Positions 18,240-24,000 of a stretch of 24,000 bases of DNA are shown here, one piece after another. This stretch comes from Sulfurospirillum sp. SCADC (GTDB taxonomy: Bacteria; Campylobacterota; Campylobacteria; Campylobacterales; Sulfurospirillaceae). Location of the stretch: NCBI RefSeq assembly GCF_000743525.1, contig NZ_JQGK01000018.1, positions 23,273-47,272 on the forward strand, in the 5' to 3' direction. Within the stretch, counting starts at the first letter, position 1, and every line of letters starts with the position of its first letter. The notes beneath the pieces were generated by a model, which saw nothing but the letters and a program-made list of their open reading frames with translations, was not told the DNA's origin and ran no database searches. A program made the translations under genes and the position numbers.

Positions 18240-18269
18240 TATTATAAAAACTTTAAAGTTTTTATAATA
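18240..18269. promoter_or_regulatory. Perfect 30-bp palindrome carrying a TATAAT on each strand (probable mqo promoter, possible divergent antisense promoter)
   Basis: TATTATAAAAACTTTAAAGTTTTTATAATA equals its own reverse complement. The minus-strand TATAAT (18246-18241) is preceded by CTTTAAAGTTTTT, an AT-rich periodic upstream pattern like Campylobacter sigma-70 promoters, about 45 nt upstream of the mqo ATG. Confidence 0.5.
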
Positions 18270-18274
18270 AATTG

Positions 18275-18646
18275 TTACTTTACTGCAATAGCTTCGATCT
18301 CAACCAACGCATTTTTAGGCAATGTTTTGACACCCACGGTGCTGCGTGCAGGTTTGTGCTCTTTAAAAAATGCGCCATACACCTCATTGACTTTTGCAAA
18401 GTCGTCCATATTGGCTAAAAAAATGGTCGTTTTAACCACTTTTTTCAGACCACTACCGGCTTCTTTAAGCACGGCTTTGAGGTTTTCTAACACTTGGGTG
18501 GCTTGTGCTTCCACATCGCCTTCTAAAAAAGTACCATCGGGCTTAAGCGCGATTTGCCCAGAGGTAAACACCATATCGTTTACCACAATCGCTTGCGAAT
18601 ACGGACCAATGGCAGCGGGTGCATTGGTTGTCGAGACTATTTTCAT
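18275..18646 (-). CDS. ridA: RidA/YjgF family reactive-intermediate deaminase
   Basis: 123 aa with [11 protein letters not shown] and [23 protein letters not shown], typical of RidA. Its start overlaps the dapE stop (ATGA). Confidence 0.9.
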   Translation of the reverse strand: MKIVSTTNAPAAIGPYSQAIVVNDMVFTSGQIALKPDGTFLEGDVEAQATQVLENLKAVLKEAGSGLKKVVKTTIFLANMDDFAKVNEVYGAFFKEHKPARSTVGVKTLPKNALVEIEAIAVK

Positions 18647-19755
18647 ACATCTTCCTTTTTGAAATTTTCAATGACAGATTTAAACACTTGGACGAGTGAT
18701 TCAACTTCGCTCATCGGACAACACTCATTGGGTGCGTGAATCGTATCGTTTACGACGCCACACTCAATCGTAGCAACCCCAAAAGCGCCAAAAAATCGCG
18801 CATCACTCGTTCCACCAGCCGTGGAGAGTTTGGGTGCTTTTGCGTTTACATGTAAAAGTGCTTTTTCAACAGCTTTGACAATCATAGAGTCTTTACATGT
18901 AACAAACGGATGCGCACTTTCACTCAAGTTGAGCGTAAAATCTAAGCCTTGCAGTAACGCTTCCACATAGGTACGAATTTTTGTACTATCGGTTTTGGTT
19001 GAGTTGCGTACATTAAACATAATCTTGAGATTACCAGGGGTAACATTGCTCACTTCCATACCACCACGAATGTCCGTGATAATGATCTGCGAAGAGGCAA
19101 AAAATTCGTCACCCTCATCCAAATAATGTCCTGCAAGTTGAGGAAGCAGAGGGGCTATTTGATGCACGGGATTGATGGTTTTTTCAGGATACGCCGCATG
19201 ACCTTGTTTACCCGTGATCTCAATCACCCCGTTAATGGAGCCACGACGCCCTACTTTAATCGCATCGCCAAAAACCTTCTCAGAAGTCGGTTCTGCCACG
19301 ATGACGTAGTCGGGTAAGAAAGAGCGACGCTCTAACTCTTTGATCACTTCAATCGTTCCATGCTTCGCATCACCCTCTTCATCGCTGGTTAAGATGGCAG
19401 AGAGGGTTCCATTAAAATGCGTCGTCTCGCGCAGCGCTTGCACGAATGCACAGACACCACTTTTCATATCTTGAGCACCTCTGGCATAGACAACACCCTC
19501 TTTAACGATAGGCTCAAACGGGTCACTTTCCCAACCATGCCCCGGTGGAACCACGTCAATATGCCCTGCAAAACAGAGGTGTGGGCCTTTTCCAAAACGT
19601 TTATATAAAAAAAGATTTTTAGTGTTTTCGACATTGAGCTCAATGACCTCAAAGTCAGTGAGGTACGCTTTAATGAAGGTGAAAGCACCGCCGTCATCGG
19701 GGGTGACTGAGACAAAGCGTAAAAGTTTTAAAAAAAGTTCGTGTGTTTTCAGCAT
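18643..19755 (-). CDS. dapE: Succinyl-diaminopimelate desuccinylase (M20 peptidase)
   Basis: 370 aa with M20 metal-binding motifs [19 protein letters not shown] and SDEEG, and a DapE-like length. Confidence 0.88.
   Translation of the reverse strand: MLKTHELFLKLLRFVSVTPDDGGAFTFIKAYLTDFEVIELNVENTKNLFLYKRFGKGPHLCFAGHIDVVPPGHGWESDPFEPIVKEGVVYARGAQDMKSGVCAFVQALRETTHFNGTLSAILTSDEEGDAKHGTIEVIKELERRSFLPDYVIVAEPTSEKVFGDAIKVGRRGSINGVIEITGKQGHAAYPEKTINPVHQIAPLLPQLAGHYLDEGDEFFASSQIIITDIRGGMEVSNVTPGNLKIMFNVRNSTKTDSTKIRTYVEALLQGLDFTLNLSESAHPFVTCKDSMIVKAVEKALLHVNAKAPKLSTAGGTSDARFFGAFGVATIECGVVNDTIHAPNECCPMSEVESLVQVFKSVIENFKKEDV
18845..18856. repeat. Iterated palindrome copy TTTACATGTAAA (12/12)
   Basis: Inside dapE, encoded as L-H-V-N. 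Confidence 0.95.
18892..18903. repeat. Iterated palindrome copy TTTACATGTAAC (11/12)
   Basis: Inside dapE, encoded as T-C-K, 47 bp from the previous copy. Confidence 0.9.
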
Positions 19756-19829
19756 GATTCCTCTATTGTAAAAGAGTATTCTTTAGAGTTTATACTCATT
19801 TCTTGGTTATGATTCAATATCAAGTTTAT

Positions 19830-22031
19830 TTAAAGCTTGATCAATGTGGCACCATAACCACCCATATTGATCGGTGCATCGCCATACGAAACTAAAGAAG
19901 GATAGCTGCTTAAAAAGGTTCGCACCGCATAGGCGAGTTTTCCCGTTCCAATGCCATGATAAACCAACACCTCATCAAAGCCGCTCATCAGTGCGTCACT
20001 TAAAAATTTATCGAGTTTTTCAACCGCTTCATCGGCTCTGAGTCCATGCAGATCCAAAATCATTGAACCACTGGGTGTCTCTTTGGAGATCACCACACCT
20101 GATTTGTGCACTTTGGGTTGGTTGCCACTGCGTTTGAGTTTGGAGAGGGGAACACGAAGCGTAATGCCGTCGCACTCGATGGTCGCTTCTTCTTTTTTGA
20201 TGCTTTTAATCACCCCTTTAGAGCTTCCGTATTTGATTTTATCGTTTACATGTAAAGGTTCTGCTTTTTGATCGGGAATCACTTTACGTGTCTCTTGATG
20301 CAACTGGTTCGCTTTGTTGAGCAAGCGGTGCGACTCTTTGGTATCCGAACTCTTGATCGCCTTTTTGGCTTCGCCAATCGCTTGGTTGAACTCTTTGGAC
20401 ATTTTAGAGTACGCATGATCAAACTCTTCTCGCACGCGCTCTTTTTCATCGCGTAACGACTCTTTGAGTTTTTCCACTTCATGCAGTCTCGTATCAAGCT
20501 CTTCGGAGGTTTTGCGCATCTCAAGCTCTAAGTCGATGTTTTTTTGAATGAGCTCATTGAGTTTTTCTTTATCTTCGCCGTACAAAACACGCGCTTCGGC
20601 GACCAATGACTGCGGAATGCCATAACGAAGTGCCGTCTCAAACGCATAACTCCTGCCAATCGTCCCTTTTAAAAAGCCATACGTCGGACGCTCACTCTTT
20701 TCATCGTAAATCGCCGCTAACAGTTCGACTTCAGGGTGCGTGGCAAGCAAAGAGGCTAAGCGTTTATGGTGCGTGGTGATGACGATTTTCATCTCTTTAT
20801 CGATAAGCTTTTCGATCATCACTTTAAAGAGATTCGCCGCTTCATCGGCGTCTGTTCCAAGTTCGATCTCATCGACACCAATGAGTGCTACTTTTTTACC
20901 AAAGAGTTTACTAAACTCACTCATCCGCCCTGCAAAAGTGGAGATGTCATTTTTAACATTTTGCGGATCATCCAAAATCGCAAACACCTCTTTGAACGAA
21001 CCAATGCTCGAATGTTTCGCATCAATGCGCATCGGAAGAAGGTATTTACTCAAAATCGCCGCCGTCAAAATGGATTTAAGCAGCATCGTTTTACCACCGG
21101 CATTTACACCCGTGATCATCAAGACCTGTTTGCTAAAATCAATCGTAATCGGTTTGGGATTGGCAAGGGCAGGATGCGCAAAGTTTTCAAGTTTGATGGC
21201 ATTGGTTTTGGAGGGAAGCACAAACTCCATATCTTTTTCTCTGGCGTACGCGACTCTGGCATAGTACGCATCAAAGCGGTCAAACTCTTTGTTCACAAAC
21301 CCTAAAAATTTGAGCTGTTTGGTAAACACCGACGAGATTTGCTTCGCGTACTTGTACACCAACTCTTCTTTGCGGTCGATTAGTTCACTCTCACGACTCG
21401 CCAACTTTGCAAGCGCTTCGGGTACGACATAGAAAAAACCGCTGCTACTGCGCCCGATGACATTGCCTTTGAGGACATGGTTAAACCCACCACGTACCAA
21501 AAGTGCCTCTTGATTGTTGATGTAGTGAATTTGTTTATCGGCAAGGTAAAGAGCGATTTTTTCGGTCGAGATCAGACGGCGAAGCGTGCTGTTCATCTCC
21601 TCTTTGACCATTTTAAGGCTTTGAGCGATGCTCGCAAACTGTTCATCTACGCTGGATTTGAGCTCACCTTTTTCATCAAAATAAGCGCAAATTTGCGCGA
21701 CTTCGGCAGGGATGAGAATGCGCTCCATCCATTCGCCAAGGCTCTGGTCGTTCAGCATATGTTTAAGATACTGCATATAATTGATGATCTGTACAAACGC
21801 AAAAATCTCACTAAGACGCAAAATGCCCATTTTACTCAGGTGCATCAGTGCCACATCCAAAGAGGGAACTTCCGGCAAAGGCTTCAAGCGATCGCGTGTG
21901 AGCAGTTCATGGATCAATTTATAATGAAGATTCGCATCGCCCTCCATAAACAGAGGTTTTTCGCGCGCTAAAAAGTGTTTAAATCCGGTCGCATAATCGA
22001 CCAGATCGAGTTTTGAAAAAAGCTTTTCCAT
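19830..22031 (-). CDS. mutS2: Endonuclease MutS2 (MutS domain V ATPase plus C-terminal Smr domain)
   Basis: 733 aa with Walker A ITGVNAGGKT, a long coiled-coil linker and a C-terminal Smr motif LDLHGLRADEA...VYHGIGTGKL. Confidence 0.9.
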   Translation of the reverse strand: MEKLFSKLDLVDYATGFKHFLAREKPLFMEGDANLHYKLIHELLTRDRLKPLPEVPSLDVALMHLSKMGILRLSEIFAFVQIINYMQYLKHMLNDQSLGEWMERILIPAEVAQICAYFDEKGELKSSVDEQFASIAQSLKMVKEEMNSTLRRLISTEKIALYLADKQIHYINNQEALLVRGGFNHVLKGNVIGRSSSGFFYVVPEALAKLASRESELIDRKEELVYKYAKQISSVFTKQLKFLGFVNKEFDRFDAYYARVAYAREKDMEFVLPSKTNAIKLENFAHPALANPKPITIDFSKQVLMITGVNAGGKTMLLKSILTAAILSKYLLPMRIDAKHSSIGSFKEVFAILDDPQNVKNDISTFAGRMSEFSKLFGKKVALIGVDEIELGTDADEAANLFKVMIEKLIDKEMKIVITTHHKRLASLLATHPEVELLAAIYDEKSERPTYGFLKGTIGRSYAFETALRYGIPQSLVAEARVLYGEDKEKLNELIQKNIDLELEMRKTSEELDTRLHEVEKLKESLRDEKERVREEFDHAYSKMSKEFNQAIGEAKKAIKSSDTKESHRLLNKANQLHQETRKVIPDQKAEPLHVNDKIKYGSSKGVIKSIKKEEATIECDGITLRVPLSKLKRSGNQPKVHKSGVVISKETPSGSMILDLHGLRADEAVEKLDKFLSDALMSGFDEVLVYHGIGTGKLAYAVRTFLSSYPSLVSYGDAPINMGGYGATLIKL
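20245..20256. repeat. Iterated palindrome copy TTTACATGTAAA (12/12)
   Basis: Inside mutS2, encoded as L-H-V-N. Confidence 0.95.
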
Positions 22032-22038
22032 GAGGGCG

Positions 22039-22392
22039 TTACTTCACCTTTTCCAGTTTACATGTAGCCATATCGATCACAATACCTTTATCATTTGGGT
22101 TCTTGTCATTTGCAATAAAACTAAGCGTTCCACTCACAAACACAAACGTCTCCAACGAGATTTCACGCCCGTCGCAATAGAGTGTTTTACCCTGTTTAAA
22201 CGCACTGATCATCATGCGATTTGATTCACTGTTCTCACGATTATGGGCTTCATACCACCACGCAATCCCAATGAAAACCACCAGAAAAAGAAAAAGTCCT
22301 ATTTTTGCTTTGTGAGAGAATGTACTCTTTTTAGCATAGAGCACCGAAACAACCAGAAGTACCACCGCTAAAAAAAGTAAAAATTGCATCAC
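22039..22392 (-). CDS. Small hypothetical membrane protein (two predicted TM helices)
   Basis: 117 aa with hydrophobic stretches FLLFLAVVLLVVSVLY and IGLFLFLVVFIGIAWWY. The GTG or ATG start overlaps the murC stop (ATGTGATG), and the stop is 7 nt before the mutS2 start. Confidence 0.6.
   Translation of the reverse strand: MMQFLLFLAVVLLVVSVLYAKKSTFSHKAKIGLFLFLVVFIGIAWWYEAHNRENSESNRMMISAFKQGKTLYCDGREISLETFVFVSGTLSFIANDKNPNDKGIVIDMATCKLEKVK
22057..22068. repeat. Iterated palindrome copy TTTACATGTAGC (10/12)
   Basis: Inside the small membrane-protein ORF, encoded as A-T-C-K. Confidence 0.75.
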
Positions 22393-23699
22393 ATGGCTCC
22401 TCGAAGCTGATAGGTTATGTCCCCTGCGCCAAAACTGATCACCAACCCTTCATCAAAAATATGTTGGTTCGCTTCGCAAGGAAATATCTCTATACTATCA
22501 TTATTTCGGTAAACACGCGGTGGGAAAAGTGGCTTATAGCGTGCGAACTCTTTTTCAAAGTCGATAAAAACCTCTTTTTCCCCTGCACGCCACACAGGTA
22601 AAATCACGAGCTGATCGACCCCTTCAAAGCAGTTGACAAAACTTTGCAAATTATCAACCGTGCGTGAATATTTGTGTGGTTGCCAGATGGCAGTGATCTT
22701 TTTTAGCCCCATCAGAGCAGCATATTGTGTCGCAGACTCCAGTGTTGCTTTGATCTCGGTGGGGTGATGCCCGTAATCATCAATCAGTGCAAAGTTTTCA
22801 TGTTTGCTCAAAAGATCAAAACGTTTTTTGATGCCTTTGTACTGTTTGAGTTTCTCACGCGCCGTTTCCACATCCATCTCATGCAAGCTCGCCAAAATTG
22901 CCAGTGACGCATCCAGCGCCATATGAGCCCCTATTCCCCACACCTCAAAACAACCCAAATCTTTGAGCACAAAGGAGGTAAAAGGCTCACCATCACGCAT
23001 CACGGTTTTAATGTCGCTGATGTCACGACTTGGATAGAGACGATCAGCTTCAAGCTCCGTAAGCGTGCTTAAAAAAGGATCTTCCGCGTTAATGACGCGA
23101 ATCTTCGCACTCTCCAAAAAGTGTCTGTAAGCCCCATAAAATCGGTCATAATCGTAGTTATAATACTCCATATGTTCCGGCTCTGCGTTGGTGACAATCG
23201 CGATGTAGGGATTGGAATTTAAAAAGCTCGCATCACTCTCATCGGCTTCAAAAATGACATTATTGCCCTCTTTGTAGTACATGTTTGAGCCATACTGCTT
23301 GCTCTCCGCACCAATGACCAAAGAGCCCTCGACCATCGAAGCGAGCATCGCACTGGTCGTACTTTTGCCATGCGCTCCACAGACGGAGAAAACACGTCTG
23401 TTTTTTAAGATAAACAAAAGCGCCTCACGACGAGGCATGATCGTCATTCCTTTTTCACGTGCACGTACAAGTTCGATGTTATCGGGTTTAATGACCGCAG
23501 AAAAAACGACCAAATCTTGGTCAGTAATGCACGCAGGATCGTGTGGAATATGCACAGGAATGCCCATCTCTTCGAGCCCTGCGGTAATTTTGCTTGCTTT
23601 CACATCGGAGCCTGTGATTTCGTAGCCCTCTTGTTTTAAATATTTAGCTAAGGCAGAAAGCCCAATGCCACCAATGCCTACAAAATGAACTTTTTTCAA
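22389..23699 (-). CDS. murC: UDP-N-acetylmuramate--L-alanine ligase
   Basis: 436 aa with VHFVGIGGIGLSALA and the Mur ligase P-loop GAHGKSTT. The start is a TTG at 23699, with AAGGA 6 nt upstream. Confidence 0.93.
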   Translation of the reverse strand: MKKVHFVGIGGIGLSALAKYLKQEGYEITGSDVKASKITAGLEEMGIPVHIPHDPACITDQDLVVFSAVIKPDNIELVRAREKGMTIMPRREALLFILKNRRVFSVCGAHGKSTTSAMLASMVEGSLVIGAESKQYGSNMYYKEGNNVIFEADESDASFLNSNPYIAIVTNAEPEHMEYYNYDYDRFYGAYRHFLESAKIRVINAEDPFLSTLTELEADRLYPSRDISDIKTVMRDGEPFTSFVLKDLGCFEVWGIGAHMALDASLAILASLHEMDVETAREKLKQYKGIKKRFDLLSKHENFALIDDYGHHPTEIKATLESATQYAALMGLKKITAIWQPHKYSRTVDNLQSFVNCFEGVDQLVILPVWRAGEKEVFIDFEKEFARYKPLFPPRVYRNNDSIEIFPCEANQHIFDEGLVISFGAGDITYQLRGAM

Positions 23700-23723
23700 C
23701 CAATATCCTTATCTATTTTTTAT

Positions 23724-23794
23724 ACGCTTTCCAAGCTAAGCTTGAAAAGCTACGCTGCGCTGTGCGCTAAAGCTTGCCTTTTGCAAGGCAGAAA
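23724..23794. repeat. Structured intergenic element, copy B (homologous to 10591-10665)
   Basis: Has the same ordered conserved blocks as copy A. Hairpins at 23726-23750 and 23775-23790 occupy the positions of the copy A hairpins but use different stem sequences. Confidence 0.6.
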
Positions 23795-23810
23795 TGGTAC
23801 CGCTTTACTC

Positions 23811-23822
23811 TTTACATGTAAA
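23811..23822. repeat. Iterated palindrome copy TTTACATGTAAA (12/12; 14-bp palindrome CTTTACATGTAAAG)
   Basis: Intergenic, 12 nt after the aminotransferase stop and next to structured element copy B. Confidence 0.95.
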
Positions 23823-23833
23823 GCTACGCTTTT

Positions 23834-24000
23834 CTAGAAAGAGGCGATAACCTCTTTGATCTCTTTTAAGATCTGCTCTGTTTTTTCACTGTTTTCCACA
23901 AGTGCGATACGCACATAATGCTCGCCGATGCCGCCGCGTCCTAGAAAACGACCCGGTAGTACTTTGATATTTTTTTGCTCATACAGTTTACATGTAAAGA
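23834..24000 (-). CDS. PLP-dependent aminotransferase (class I/II), C-terminal 55 codons only
   Basis: Manual reverse translation gives ...FTCKLYEQKNIKVLPGRFLGRGGIGEHYVRIALVENSEKTEQILKEIKEVIASF*, stop at 23834-23836. The PG..F......YVRIALV pattern is typical of aminotransferase C-termini. A DapC-like role is a guess based on proximity to dapE. Confidence 0.6.
   Translation of the reverse strand, partial: FTCKLYEQKNIKVLPGRFLGRGGIGEHYVRIALVENSEKTEQILKEIKEVIASF
23987..23998. repeat. Iterated palindrome copy TTTACATGTAAA (12/12)
   Basis: Inside the aminotransferase gene, encoded as F-T-C-K. Confidence 0.95.

Noticed and set aside
17517-18662. Plus-strand ORFs 17517-17918 (antisense to mqo) and 18231-18662 (antisense to ridA)
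   Set aside because: The opposite strand encodes proteins with strong family motifs, and these ORFs have no RBS or recognisable domains. The 18231 ORF matters only in that a plus-strand TATAAT at 18263 could drive a noncoding antisense RNA (see findings).
20740-21971. Long plus-strand ORFs (174, 179 and 164 aa) opposite mutS2
   Set aside because: They are antisense to a well-supported 733-aa MutS2 gene. They overlap each other in different frames and their sequences are Arg/Phe/Lys-rich with no motifs, which is typical of antisense shadow ORFs in AT-rich DNA.
15116-22031. GNAT + methyltransferase + MutS2/Smr nuclease + small ORFs as a possible toxin-antitoxin or defence cluster
   Set aside because: The genes are interleaved with housekeeping genes (mqo, ridA, dapE, murC) and are not adjacent as a module. 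MutS2 has the standard bacterial architecture, and no partner antitoxin-like or sensor genes are present. It reads as an ordinary core operon.
23724-23832. ACGCTTT at 23724 and again at 23826 as a target-site duplication flanking a roughly 95-bp MITE insertion
   Set aside because: I could not find terminal inverted repeats between the two 7-mers, and copy A (10591) lacks a matching second 7-mer. The duplication may be part of the repeated AAGCTACGCT block rather than a TSD.
2812-23998. Iterated TTTACATGTAAA copies as a CRISPR array, MITE family or restriction-site signature
   Set aside because: Spacing is irregular (47 bp to 3.5 kb) and the copies lie inside conserved genes, so this is not a CRISPR array. 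Flanks share no similarity and there are no TIR or TSD, so it is not a MITE. Restriction targets are normally depleted rather than enriched more than 100-fold, so a classical R-M avoidance signal is the opposite of what is seen. Methylation by an orphan enzyme remains possible.

Overview
This window is 24 kb of AT-rich core chromosome. Almost all genes are on the minus strand and tightly packed. The gene order rplU-rpmA-obg-proB-fmt-birA-parA-parB-atpF'-atpF-atpH-atpA-atpG-atpD (10986 down to 1) matches the arrangement known from Campylobacter and Helicobacter. I therefore infer a member of the Campylobacterota, possibly Sulfurospirillum- or Campylobacter-like, but this was not checked against any database. 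The right half carries pyk, a plus-strand CheX-like gene with an unusual N-terminal extension, an S41 C-terminal processing protease, and a GNAT acetyltransferase. It continues with a small acidic plus-strand hypothetical ORF, a SAM methyltransferase, mqo, ridA, dapE, mutS2, a small membrane protein, murC, and the 3' end of an aminotransferase gene. I found no rRNA, tRNA, CRISPR array, transposase, integrase, prophage or recognisable defence or toxin gene cluster, so I do not see a novel multi-gene system here.

The unusual signals are at the DNA level:
1. A 10-12 bp palindrome, (T)TTACATGTAA(A), has 10 exact 10-mer copies and 14 copies matching at least 10 of 12 positions. It lies inside unrelated genes and in intergenic DNA, far above chance, and resembles an uptake-signal or HIP1-type genome-wide iterated motif.
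2. A roughly 75-nt structured intergenic element occurs twice, in the rplU-rpmA spacer and upstream of murC. Its hairpins are kept by compensatory substitutions.
3. A perfect 30-bp AT palindrome carries a TATAAT box on each strand in front of mqo.
4. A 46-bp imperfect inverted repeat lies in front of obg.

All motif counts were done by eye and all functions were assigned from recognisable sequence motifs and synteny. No searches were run.
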